64,000 nt of DNA, from positions 62,001 to 126,000 of the forward strand of contig MCFE01000125.1 in NCBI GenBank assembly GCA_002104905.1, in the 5' to 3' direction. Shown here piece after piece: positions 49,701 through 62,658 of this stretch. This DNA comes from Basidiobolus meristosporus CBS 931.73 (lineage: Eukaryota > Fungi > Basidiobolomycota). The notes under the pieces are model-generated. The model was not told the DNA's origin. It saw nothing but the letters and a program-made list of their open reading frames with translations, and ran no database searches. How positions within the stretch are numbered: the stretch's first letter is position 1; each line of letters begins with the position of its first letter. The position numbers and the translations under genes are program-made.

Positions 49701-52700
49701 GCGCACGGTTGAGCCGCTGTATGATTTGTCGAACTTTCTTCAATCTGCAGACTCCGTCGCGCTTCCCACTGATTTGGTCTCCCACTCCGGTGGACATGAG
49801 CCAACCGCAAAGATGGCTCGGAATCACCAGCGTCTAATCCTCCGGGATAGAGAGGTTGGTAGCAAGTCACTTTCATCCATCTGCGATTGACAGCAGCACT
49901 AACTCCAGCACCAGACTGCATCGGATACCCCCCGCACAGCCTACACAGCATATTGTTCCCCGCTAAGGGCTTTCAAAGCGTCGATACTTTCGCCCTACTT
50001 CGTCCGCACTGCGTCGAAAGACCCCCCTTTTTGCTACCAAATCGACCCTGCCCAAAAGATCTGTATGTACGAAGTAGCCGGCGGAGAATGCAATGATGAC
50101 ACTTGTACCTCGCAACACTTCCGAGATGTCCGGCTCAGTGGTCAGTGTTCTCTTTCTTTCCGGTTTCGCACCTTGTCAGCCGGGCTTTTTCTCACCCTCG
50201 CGTTTACCCCCATCGCTAGATGATGACCATTTCGTGACCCTTATCTCAAGTATTTCAATGGGCGAAGCAGGCGCGCATTCAAAGTATCTTGAGGAGGTTC
50301 GCTCGCAGCTAACCGCTCTGAGAGATACTCCCAAATGGGATCCTCAGCACATACAGGAAACCATCGTCCAGACAAAGGTAGCCCATCTTGCCACGGCTGA
50401 GGAGGGGGCCTGTCCAGTGACCTCATCGCTGAACAGCATCCCAGCGCCAGAAGCCCGTAAGAGTAGCGTAGTTCGTCGGACAGCCGCGAAATTCACCTCG
50501 GTTGATATCACAAGTGGAGATCTGGCCTCAACCGCCAAGCCGTTTACCGTTGAATGGATACTTGAAAATTATGAAGGAGAACACGGTGGGGAGAACCCCT
50601 CGACAGAGAATCCAGCCGAGACGGTGACGCCCCGAAGTGAGCAGGCGTGGGTCGAGTATGCCACCTCGTTGCTTCCTCATCTATCAAAGGCCAAGGCAAA
50701 CGACCAGACGTGCAATATCGATCGGTCACTCCAGATCCTGTCGCAAGCGCTGGAGAACCACTGCACCTCGGAATTCCTCTGGAATTTCTACTTCGAGCTG
50801 TACATCTATATACGCGGGGATGGCGCCGACGAGATTCGGAAGATGTTTGAGACGGCCATCAGGCTGAACACCCAAAGCGCGCTGATATGGTGGAGGTTAG
50901 TGGTTGTGAATGCGATTCATCGAATACCATGCTAACGAAGGCCTAAGGTATTACCAGTGGGAACCGGAGACGGGGAGGAAATTGGCGGTTTTGAAGAGGA
51001 TGCTGTCCCAGTTCATCATGGAGAACACCTCCAATCTGGGTAAGCACCCGCATACATCCTCCACTTGCGAAGTACCTCATTAACCCGATCGTTGCCTTTT
51101 AAGATTTCGATCTGCTCTCTAGACTCCGGTTGGATATTGTGATTCAAATAGTTCGGAACCTCATCCTTGTTGAGGGAGCTGCCTCTGCTCTTCGCTTTCT
51201 CACAAGCTACCTTACAGCGACAGGGATCGGCCATATAAAAGATCTTCTGCTAGGAGAGGTTGCTATGCATGAATCAGCAATCACCAGCGAAGCGATTAAC
51301 GGGGCATGGATCGTTGGTGCGATGGCCATATCGGATGTGACAATTGCCTGGTTGATCTACCTCCATCTTTATTGGTTTGATTCCCTTCCTGAGTTATCTT
51401 ATGATGCCCCTTATGAGTACCTGTCAAGGCCGCAACTGTTTACTCTGAGGTGGTCTGTAGCTGCGAGTTGTGATGCGGGCATGATCGATGAGGCGAAGCA
51501 AATTCTGCAAATGCTGATGAGCTCGCGGGTGGCAACCCACCGATCCTCTTTGGTCACTTTATGTAGAAACTACGCCAACTTGATCAAGTTGCCTCTACAG
51601 GAGACTGGAGAGAATGCTGATGAGCTCCTCGAGCAAGTGCTTCAGAAGTATAGGCATCCAGAGCTCTGGAGCATCAAGGCCGACCTCTTGATGGTGAGTT
51701 GAAGCATCGGTTGGTAGTGTTGTGGTGCCCCTTTGAAACTGACCCTTCTGAGTGACCAATAGGATAGCGGGAATTTCCAGGCGGCAGAGCTCGTGCTGAT
51801 AGAAGCCATCAAGGAATGTCAGAGCTTTGCACTCTGCAATCATTATGCTAGGCTGAAGATCTTGCAAGGCGACAGACAAGGGCTTTTGGTATCCCTGAAG
51901 CGGCCGTTAGAGATCTGCTTCAGTGATACCGAGGGTTTGGATGCTGATGGCCTCCTGGAGATGTATCGATATCTACTGGACCTCACTTTCAGCGTGCCTA
52001 GCAAACGTCTGAAGACATCAGTCAGAACTCCGCAAACCTCCCAGGATTTCCATCTGTGGAGCAACTTCTTGACCCTGTCGTATGTGTTGGAGAGTGCGGA
52101 AACGTTCACGCGAAACCTGGAATATACGTTGACCAAGCTAGAGAACATTCACGAACGGTCGATCCTTGCAAATGAGTAAACTATCGATCACGCTTACGAG
52201 GGAAGAACTGAAAACTGAATCGGGCTCGTCTATTTAGGTTCATCCGCTACACGCTGGGGGTTAGGTATTCGAAATCCCAGAAGCCCCTACCGATCTCCGG
52301 GTTCGTCAACACACTCAACCAGACGTTGAAGCACTTGGTGGTTTCCGAAGCCATCCCCTACGCCCGCCATTCGGACGCGAGCACGGACTTGCTGAAGCTA
52401 CGCCCCTTGAAGGTCCATGGATTTTCCATGTCTACTCCATGGCCCATGTAATAACAGTGTTCCCACTCCAGGACTCTACCAGCGTTATCTCGATGGCACA
52501 CGTTTTGGCAGGCTATCTGTCTCTGGACACTCAGGAACTATGCCTGAGCTCGATACTTCGGATCTTCCCCGGTAGCGCCCACCTGCGAATCATGTAAGAG
52601 CAGGGGAAGCCTCGCCCGCGCGCCACCTAAACTCATTTTTCCACCCAATAGGACGGCAAATCTCCACCTTCACCTGGATCACCTTGAGAACGGGATCAAG

Positions 52701-52907
52701 CAGCTATTGTACAGTTTATCCATGAACCCTAGAGATCGTAAGCTATGGGCAATGTATGTTCGTATGTTCGTGACCATCCTCCGCCCCAACTAATCTCGTT
52801 GTAGCTTGCTCGAGTACGAAACGACCTGTTGTCGAAGGGCCCTCAAGGATGTCCCTTGGATCCCTTTGGCGGAGAAATACTCGGGTTTCGAGCCATCCGT
52901 TTCGTAG
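46756..52907 (+). CDS. ZFC3H1: ZFC3H1/Red1-like zinc-finger nuclear exosome adaptor (multi-exon)
   Basis: Start MDLEALRKAAL; long acidic/Pro-rich region; coiled coil (48515-49045); zf-C3H1 motif IDPAQKICMYEVAGGECNDDTCTSQHFRD (~50040-50130); HAT-like helical repeats (WVEYA, LWNFYFELY, KLWA). GT-AG introns; stop TAG at 52905-07. Exon boundaries not fully resolved. Confidence 0.85.
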
Positions 52908-53203
52908 GCCTGCGCACAGGGAGTCGGACTTATGGTTGGTTGATTTTCATTATTGTATTTATTGTTCTTTTCATACTTTGTGGTGAAGAAGTTCAGTAAG
53001 ATCTCCGTAGCAGAGCAGAGCAGAACAGAATAGAATCGGTTGATATAGTTTTGGTGTACATAGAGAAATGACTATTCATAATAAAAGGAATCACCATCCA
53101 ATCCATGCGTGACAAATTGTTTGATCCTCGGGTGAATCCCCGCCTTTCCCAGTTCCACAGTTTGGGTCTTGGAGAGTACCCGTGTTGAATATATCCTCAC
53201 CTC

Positions 53204-54820
53204 ATGGCCTCGCTAGACCAACAGACCGCCCCTCGAGCACACAATGACGTGACGAAAGACAATCTGGTGGAATCCCAGAGCAAGATCATAAGCTGCATCG
53301 CGCAGGCCACGTTCGTCTCGATCGACACCGAGTTCACTGGCTTGGGTCGTGGCCCCTCACAAAACACTCGTGCCTCGTGAGTCTATTGCCGACCGAACCT
53401 TTGCCTCGCCATTTTTTAATACGGCATTTTTCAGAAATATAGAAGAGAGATACGTTGCCTTGAGGGAAGTGGTGTTGAATCATGCGATGGTGGCCTTTGG
53501 ACTATCTGCCTTCAAAGAATCCACCCCGGAATCCCCCGAATCTGCTTCGTTGGAGACATCGTACACTGCGGATCACTTCAACTTCACCTTGCTGTGCCAG
53601 GTATGCTCGAGTCTCTGCAACCTCCCTTCTTTTTCCGCGTTCCTGACAGGTTTCCTCGGGCAGAATGCGTATACCGTGAACCCCAAGAGCCTGTCGTTTC
53701 TTGCCGAGAGTGGGTTTGATTTCAACAAGCAAGCCATCAGCGGGATACCATATTTTCCAGGCGACATCCAGGTAACCCTATCTCCTTCACGCATACAGGG
53801 TATTAGTCGAGACTTAACGGAACGGGTAGGAGAGCAACAGGTCGGACAAGTTTAACGTTGCCATGAGGCAGATATTTCGTCGGCTGTTGACGGCCAAGGT
53901 ACCGGTAGTTGTGCATAACGGGCTGCTGGACATCATGTTTCTCTACCATGGGTTCTACGCATGCTTACCACGGAGATTAGACACCTTTCTCGCGGACTTG
54001 TCAGACATGTTCCCACAAGGAATTTACGACACGAAATATATCGCCGACTATCTGACCCGGGAGAAGGCCTCGTTTCTTCTGTACCTCTTCAAGAAATAGT
54101 AGGTTCCCTCGAGACCTTGCCCCATTTGTTCCCCTTGGATTAACGGTTGCTTAGTGAACGAGAACAACTGAAGAGAAAGACGAACTCGCGAAAGACTTAT
54201 GTTACTGTGGCTCACAACAATGTCATTGTCGATAGTCCAGTGAAGGCCCCCCATCCGCTAAACAAATCGGCCGCAAAGCATTGCCAGCAGTTTGCAGTAA
54301 GACCATCCTGGGGTTGCTTGCAATGGAACAACCACTCATCATCTTTGCCTAGAACCATGGACATTGTCCCAAGGGAGTTCGCTGCCCTCTATCCCATGAT
54401 CTGGATGTAATCCTAGATGCAGAAATGAACAAAAGAAAGCGTAGACGCAAAGAGGAGCATTCCGATGAAGGTGGCCTTTTCCATTGCTATGGTGGACCTC
54501 AAAGTATACACTAACCCTTACTAGCGAAACCAGACACTGAGTCCGAAGAAAGTGGGGTGCAGGCACCGTCGTCCAATGATGCTTGCGATCCGCCTGCTAC
54601 AACCCAATCCCAATCCCAATCCCATTCCGCGCATTTTGATGCTTACATGACTGGGTTCGTGTTTGCTCGGCAAGCTCTCACATACAGCCTGGCCACTCTC
54701 CAAGAAAGCCATGTCAATAGGATCTACCTGATAGGCAAAAGCTTCCCGCTGATCATCTCGAAGAGCGCCTTTGCCGGGTATTCAGAATCGCATGAAGCGC
54801 AACGACCACAATTAATATAA
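53204..54820 (+). CDS. TOE1: TOE1-like CAF1-family (DEDD) deadenylase with CCCH finger (multi-exon)
   Basis: FVSIDTEFTGL; VVVHNGLLDIMFLY..FPQGIYDTKYIA; spliced CQQFA-NHGHCPKGVRCPLSHDLD; HSAHFDAYMTG; PLIISKSAF. Confidence 0.85.
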
Positions 54821-54972
54821 TAAATGGATGCATGTGCTGATTCGAGACAAGTGAAAATCGAGGCCTTCAAAATCCCTCTTGCCTGATTAGGCCCGTGTTA
54901 AGCCAGATTGAAATGATATCCCACTGTCTCAAAATTTGGTGGATTCTTGATTTGTTCTCCGTTCGATAGAGC

Positions 54973-57916
54973 ATGTTTAGTCACTTGAGATTCTGTGTGA
55001 ATCCCCTTAGGAAAACCGCACTTCTTCGCCGAGCAGCGGTTCAACACCTGAGCCTGAGGGTGTCGAGAAATGCCCCACCACTGACACGCACTTACACGGT
55101 TCTCTCCCAACCTGGAACAGCGGCGTCACCAACCGGCAAGGAGGAGAAGCTTAAGCGACCATTTGAATATGGTACTGGATGGAAATGGGCTTCGAACGAG
55201 TGGGTTGTAACAGTTTTTCTCTTGTGTAGTGGAGCACCCTAGAAGAACCCACATGTGTGGCGAGCTGAGCGCTAAGAACGAAGGCGAGACGATAACCTTA
55301 TGCGGATGGGCGCAAAATCTACGGTAGGTGGTGGTTTATGGCGCGCGCCCTCACTCTCGATGGCCTGCCATATTCACGAAATGTTCAGTAAATTCTCGGA
55401 CACCCTTATATTTCTGCCCGTACGTGATATGACCGGGACCACGCAGCTGGTCTTTCGCACCTCCTCGGGAGAAGCAACGTCGACCCTCGAGGAGATCCGG
55501 GAGAAGCTCTCGAGCATATCTTCGGAAAGTATTATCTGCGCGACAGGCGTGGTGAGAAAACGGCCCCTAGAGACGGTGAACAGAGTACGCAGGACCCTTT
55601 CATCCAGTGCCACCAGAAATTTCTAACCGTTTACGGGATGCACGCAGAATCTAAAAACTGGCGAGATCGAGGTGGAGCTTGCAGACATCCAGATATTAAA
55701 CAAGGCAGACAACCTTCCCTTCTTCCCATCCAACTCGAAACTTGTAAGTTCTGTTTCCCGCATGATGACCAGTGGCTGCCCGTACCTAATTCCGCACCGC
55801 AGCCCTCAGAAGATGTCCGTTTGAAGTACCGCTACCTAGATCTTCGTCGCGAGACACTGCTCAGCAACATCCAAAAGAGATCCCAAGTCACTTGGCTGAC
55901 TAGGGACTACCTTACACGTCAAGGTGGTACCACGTAGTCACTTCACCCGATTGGAAGGCCGACTCAACTCTCCATCTAGGATTCCTGGAGATCGAAACCC
56001 CGGTGCTTTTCAAGTCCACACCCGAGGGTGCTCGTGAATTTTTGGTCCCCACTCGGAACCAGAACATGTTCTATGCGCTACCACAAAGTCCACAACAGGT
56101 AATCGGTTGAGTTCCGAGCGCGCCCCCCCGACCGTCAGCTTACCCGTTTGTCCCATGTCCGACAGTATAAACAACTGCTGATGGCCAGTGGCGTCGACAA
56201 GTATTTCCAGATCGCACGTTGTTTCCGGGACGAAGACCTCAGAGCAGACAGGCAGCCAGAGTTCACTCAGGTAGGAGCAGTTGGTTCGCATCCGCGGATC
56301 TCGTGAAGCTAACCCTTCGGCAGATTGACATTGAGATGGCTTTCATCGAGCCCGAGGGAATAAAGAATCTAATTGAGGGCCTGGTTTGCACACTATGGAG
56401 CCATGTTGATGGAGTGGACCTGAAATCCAAGCCCAATGCATTCCCACGAATGTCGTACTATGATGCCATGTCCAAGGTAAACTTCGAAGTGTTCTCAGGC
56501 TCAGTATGTGCGGTACTGATTGTCTACGATAGTACGGTTCCGACAAGCCCGATACCAGATTCGCCATGGAGGTGTGCATCCCAATGTTCAAACAGAACAC
56601 GGATCCTCTGTTAACCTTGCATTTCTAGATCGCTGACATCACCTCCAGATTCTCTCAGCACTTTGACAGCGATGAGACATTGATCGAGGCGATGGTCGTG
56701 AAGAATGGCTCCTCGTTATTCAGCAACAAGGAGAGTAAAGAGATCGAGAAGATGATCAAATCCGAGGATTCGCACCTGGGCAACGTAAGTCCGGTCTGCT
56801 TAGCCATCACGTGCGACCCAACCGTTCACACGGATTAGGCCTGTAGCTTCGTCAAGATCGATCAAGGGAACACCGGAAGCTGGCTTGCTCAAACTTTCCT
56901 GAAACCGATCCTCTCCGAGCAGGGCGACTTTCAATCACGACTGTTGGAGGAGCTTCAAGCCACGCCGAACGACGCAGTCGTTCTGTGCAAGCGTAAACGC
57001 GAGTATATCGTACGAATCCACCCCATATATCGGCTGACATGAGCCAACACTCAAATCGAATCTTCCTTGCAGGGTGGCTCCACCGCCATGGGCAAAGTAC
57101 GTCTTCATTGCTCGAAACACCTGCAAGAGAAAGGTAACTGTTGCGCACGCTCGCTACCCTGGGGCGCAGATCTAACCCCGTTGCTCCAGGTGAACTGAAC
57201 ATCGATCCAAACCAATACAATTTCTTGTGGGTCGAGGGATTCCCGCTGTTCACACCCACGCAAATCCCCGAGACTGGCGAGATCAAATATGAGCCGACCC
57301 ATCATCCATTCACGGCCCCCGTGCCCGAGGATTTGAAGCTCATCAAGGAGCGTCCTGATTTGGTGAGTGGCAGTTTGGTGAGAGGGCTCGAGGGCCGGGA
57401 TGTCAATAACACTCTTTTGTAGGTGAGAGGACAGCACTACGACTTGGTCCTGAACGGGATGGAGATCGGTGGTGGCTCTATCAGAGTCCACAACCCAACC
57501 CTTCAGCAGTATCTGTTCGAAAACGTGTTTATGGTAGGTTGATGGCTCTCAACGTTGCCTCGTCCAGAGACTTAACTGTCCGTTCACGCTAGATGAAGCC
57601 CCACGAGTCAGCCAGGTTCAGACATCTTGTGGAAGCGCTGGGCTCCGGGTGTCCTCCACATGGCGGTATCGCCCTTGGTGAGCTTTTCCTCTACTGAGCT
57701 GCGTTCACATCCTTGACAGTTGCTGACCTCTCTCCCCTTCCTTCTTCAGGATTGGATCGTCTGGTGTCTATCCTCTGCAAAGCACCCTCCATCCGGGATG
57801 TCATCGCCTTCCCGAAAACTGCTTCCGGAGCGGATCTGCTCGCAGGCAGTCCTAGTCCCGTCCCCAAGGAAACCCTCAAGGAGTACAAGATCATGGTCGC
57901 TCCGAGAGACAACTAA
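54973..57916 (+). CDS. MSD1: Mitochondrial aspartyl-tRNA synthetase (multi-exon)
   Basis: Basic presequence; [93 protein letters not shown] and [10 protein letters not shown]. Confidence 0.95.
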
Positions 57917-58810
57917 GCCGCATCCATTCTCCTTCAGAAAACCTATCATGGAGCTGCGTGGACCTCACCCATTTTTAGCATGATCGCATTGGAATAAATA
58001 TGTACCGAACCAAATAAATCGACCATTCGTTAGCTGGTGTAGATGATCGACCATTCGGTGGGACCGGTGTATAGAGCTGGATAGTAGCTTGGCAACGTTG
58101 TGGGGCAGCAGTCTCTGGTCCTGGGAAGATCGCCCAGTGTGGAGCATAGAAGCCAGAGGATGGAGAGTCCTACTATCTGCTAGCTACCCACTGTATTTGT
58201 CTACTAGCTACCCACCGGATTTGATTGGCTCGTGGAGGATTGTTTAGGCGATCAGGATGCTCAGATACCCCTACCCCACGATCATTCGTAGCCGAAAGCG
58301 TGCGGCGGGGCAGAGGAGGAAGCTCAAAGCGACTGTCCAGTTACCCGATATATTAGGCGCTAGCATGATCGGATAAACTCAGGGTTTATCTCCAGATCAA
58401 ATTGAACTCTGGTATCACCCTACACTCGAACAAAGCCTCTACATGAGCATTCATCCACCCCCTATCTGTGCCCTATCTGTGCGCCTATCGTTGTCAGGTG
58501 AGTGGGTGGTCGAAGTTGACTCATCAATGCTCTCTGGCTTCACCAGGTCTCATAGACAAACAAGTCGCTGCAGTGTACGTGACCCCGATTCCCATTCACA
58601 CGCTGGGACCAAACTGGATGATGCTCTGAAGGGGGGGGGGGGTTTGGATGATGCTGTTCGCAGTCAACATCCCATGGAGAAATCGTTGCCAGATCCGTAC
58701 ACCTGCCTTCCAAAATTGGGGGATCCACGGCGGATGGGATGTCATGAAAATTCTGACCCCGTTATAAGGTGTTACCTTCCGACCCGGCAGTTACAGACCT
58801 TTGAACCTCT

Positions 58811-60758
58811 ATGTTGGCTGCGCGCACCCGTTTAGCACAAAGTTTGGGAGCTGCCCTCCCCAGAACCACCACTCTCGCCAGATTGGGTAGGGTCCACCTC
58901 CCGGCGCTGTCGACCTCAAGCTTCCTGGCTCGCAGGGGGTTTGCCACCACAGGTGCGGAAGAGAAGACCGTACCTTACACAGCAGACAAATTGACCTACC
59001 TCAAGAGAGACCCAGCTTTCAACCAGGTACCCAGACACTTGCCTTTCCCCGTCAGGCTTCCCCTAGTCTAACCTTCTGCGAACGTCTAGATCACTGAGGA
59101 GCATGTGGCCCATCTACGCACCCTCCTTTCCCCAGGTTCGCTCCTCGTAGGGCAGAGCGACAACGACAACGACTTACTCCCATATAATACCGATTGGATG
59201 AACAAATATAGGGGAAAGTCCCAGATCGTGGTCAGACCAAGAACCACCGAGGAGGTATCTAAAGTGCTGGCATACTGTAACGAGCAAAGGTAAGTTTCTA
59301 GGCCATAAGCTCTCCTCCTTTGTCGAAGCCCCTCCCAACAACCTTATCTTTGCCGTAGACTTGCCGTGGTCCCCCAAGGTGGAAACACCGGCCTCGTTGG
59401 CGGGAGCGTGCCCGTCTTCGACGAGATCGTCTTGAGCACCAACCTCCTGAACAAAGTCCGAAAGTTCGATCCGATCTCCGGAACGCTGGTTTGTGACGCG
59501 GGTTGCATCCTTGAATCGTTGGAGAACTACCTGGGTGACCGTGGTCACATCATGCCCTTGGATCTGGGGGCCAAGGGCAGCTGTCACATCGGCGGAAATG
59601 TGGCGACCAACGCGGGTGGCTTGAGACTGTTGCGGTACGGCTCCCTGCATGGCACCGTTCTGGGACTGGAAGTGGTCTTACCCGATGGTACCGTGCTAGA
59701 AAATCTCTCCACCCTTCGCAAGGACAACACCGGCTACGATCTTAAACAGCTCTTCATCGGGTCGGAGGGGACCCTGGGTATCATCACCGGTGTGTCCATC
59801 CTCACTCCCAAAAAGCCCAACGCAGTGAACGTGGCCCTGGTGGGATTGAAGAGCTTCGAGCACGTCCAGCAGGCGTTCCTCGGGGCTAGGGAGAACCTCT
59901 CGGAGATCCTATCGGCGTTCGAGTGCTGGGACAAATCTGCCGCTCACCTGGTTCAAGCCCACTCTGTTCAGGGCAACAGAAACCCGCTTGCGGAGGAGCA
60001 CCCATTCTATGTTCTCCTGGAGACCAGTGGATCCAACAAAGAGCATGACGACGAGGTATTCGACTGATTGAGAACTCCCCTTTGCCGAACACCATGTAAC
60101 CTGTTTTTTGCTAGAAACTGGGCGCGTACTTGGAGAAGCTGATGGAGAATGAGATCATCGATGACGGGGTGATTGCCCAGGATGCTACTCAGGTAAAGCC
60201 TGGCGGATGCAGCAGAATGATGCGGGATCTGACACCTTGCTTTCTTGTAGATTCTGAATCTATGGAGTCTTCGTGAGTCCATCCCAGAGGCGTGCAGTAA
60301 GTCCGGGGCGGTATACAAGTACGACATCTCCATGCCACTTCCGGTCTTCTACCAGATGGTGGAGGACGTAAGGGCGCGACTCACCGCGGCCGGAGTGTAC
60401 GGCCCCGAGAAGATGGTCACGGACGTCATTGGCTACGGACACGTTGGCGACGGTAAGTGAGAGAGCGGGAGCATCGCTCGTATTTGCAGCCAGGCTAAAC
60501 TACTCCCTAGGAAACCTACATCTCAACATCACGGCCAAGAAGTACGACGGGGAGATCACCAAACTGATCGAACCCTACGTCTACGAGTGGGCGGCCAAAT
60601 ACAGTGGCTCCATCTCAGCAGAGCACGGCCTCGGCCTGATGAAGGCCCCATACGTCGGATACTCCAAGAGCGGGCCCATGATCGACATGATGAAGCGAAT
60701 CAAGAAGGTCTTCGATCCACATGGCATCATGAACCCATACAAATTTTTACCTCAATAA
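58811..60758 (+). CDS. DLD2: Mitochondrial D-2-hydroxyglutarate/D-lactate dehydrogenase, FAD-linked (multi-exon)
   Basis: [11 protein letters not shown]; [19 protein letters not shown]; [22 protein letters not shown]; [13 protein letters not shown]; [10 protein letters not shown]; [10 protein letters not shown]. Confidence 0.95.
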
Positions 60759-60881
60759 TGTTGTTGTCACCAGTTGGAATGTGTAATAAATCATATGAAT
60801 CGATCTCCCAATAGGGCTTAAAATTTTGCTTGATTATAGTGTGGTGGGAGGTTGCGGTGGAGGTTGACACATTCATCGAAC

Positions 60882-62395
60882 ATGCTTCAGTTCCCCAAGC
60901 GCTTGTGTGTAAGAGCGGCACCACTCGCCCGCTCCTTCTCGAGCTTCAGCCCAGTGTGCACCTACACCAGCCGGATCGTGGGCGCGCCCAATTCCTTGGA
61001 GTATAGAGTTTACTGTGGTAGGTGGGGTTCAGCAAGGCGTTTGGTTGAACATAGGTTAACGAGCATCCGGGGAACTTTTAGAGAAAGACGGGAAGGTTAT
61101 CTCCCCGTTTCACGACATTCCACTGTTCGCCAACGAGAAGGCCAAGACGGTGAACATGGTGGTGGAGATCCCGCGCTGGACCAACGCCAAACTCGAGGTA
61201 GAGCAAGCATTCACGTTCGAGGGAAACCCCCGTCTAAAAACCGGTCGCCGTTTCCATACATTAGATGTCGCTAGGTCAACCCTTGAACCCCATCAAGCAG
61301 GACGTCAAGAAAGGAAACCTGAGGTTCGTTCGAAATTGCTTCCCACACAAAGGGTACATCTGGAACTACGGCGCCCTACCCCAGGTTTGTATGGATGCCT
61401 CGGCAGCTCTTGTGTATCCCACGCTGAGCATTTTGTTACGGGTAGACTTGGGAGGACCCAACGCACGTACATTCCGAGACCAAGGCCAAGGGAGACAACG
61501 ATCCCATTGATTTCCTCGAAATCGGCCAGAAGATCGGCCATACCGGGGAGGTCAAGGAGGTCAAGGTGTTGGGAGTGATGGCCCTGCTGGACGAAGGTTG
61601 GTGGATCCCACAGAATTGCCCGTTGTCGCGACCCCCCTCCCACTAAACAACATTCACCCAGGCGAAACGGACTGGAAGGTCATCGGGATCGATGTCAAGG
61701 ATCCATTGGCTGACAAGTGTAACGGTAGGTGTTGATCGGTCAGATTTAGGAGGAATCCCCGTTGAACATTCATGAATATGCCTAGATCTGGAGGATGTGA
61801 AAGAGCATTTCCCGGGGTTGATCGAGTCCACCCGAGAATGGTTCCGTATCTACAAGATGCCCGATGGAAAGCCCGAGAACCAGTTCGCCTTTGATGGAGA
61901 GGTCAAGAACAAGGTAGAGCGTGGACCGGCTCAACACCAATCCTTTGATAGACACTAATGTTGCACGGCAAGGATTACGCGCTGGAAGTTATTCACGACA
62001 CCCACCAGGCATGGAGAGACCTCGTCAAGGGCAACATCCCCGCCCAGACCGGAACTCTCGACATATCCTTGTAAGTGGGGCATATGCCATCCTCCGTAGG
62101 GGACAACATGTATTGACTTTTCTTAGGGCAAACACCACCCTCAACAACGATAACACATTGGCCATCCATGACGACGCCTACAAAGCTATCCCTCAGGTAC
62201 GGTGCAGCATGATGTAGTGCTTATTGAGAGGTCCTCGCACTCACCCTTTGTAATGTAGCACTCCCCGTTGCCCGCCAAACCAATCGACTCATCAGGTAAG
62301 TGATGGATTGTGTATCCCGGGAGATGTGCATCTGGTGATTAATTAACGGCTTATTAGTGGACAAATGGTTCTTCATCCCGGGTAAATCGTTGTAA
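60882..62395 (+). CDS. IPP1: Family I inorganic pyrophosphatase with N-terminal mitochondrial-type extension (multi-exon)
   Basis: [11 protein letters not shown]; SPFHDIPL; [12 protein letters not shown]; [32 protein letters not shown]; GDNDPID; DEGETDWK; [14 protein letters not shown]; VDKWFF. Confidence 0.93.
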
Positions 62396-62658
62396 CTCAA
62401 CCGCATGCATCAAATAAAATCCCCCCAGAATCGCATTCATTTTAAACGATTTTCGTTGATTTTGATGGATTTATTGTTGACTCCAGGTGAACAAGGATTC
62501 TTGTCCAATGGTACGTGTAGATATGTACATGGGATTTCTGGTATGAATCATTGAATACATCAAATGAAAGCGTGCGTGTATGAGTGGAGTCCATATCGGG
62601 GGCAGTTGGTTCAGAAGGAAACCAGCAGGGGGATTACTTGGGGGATAAAGTAAGGCCT

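Noticed and set aside
54600-54628. (CAATCC)n repeat
   Set aside because: A coding microsatellite (QSQSQS) inside TOE1.
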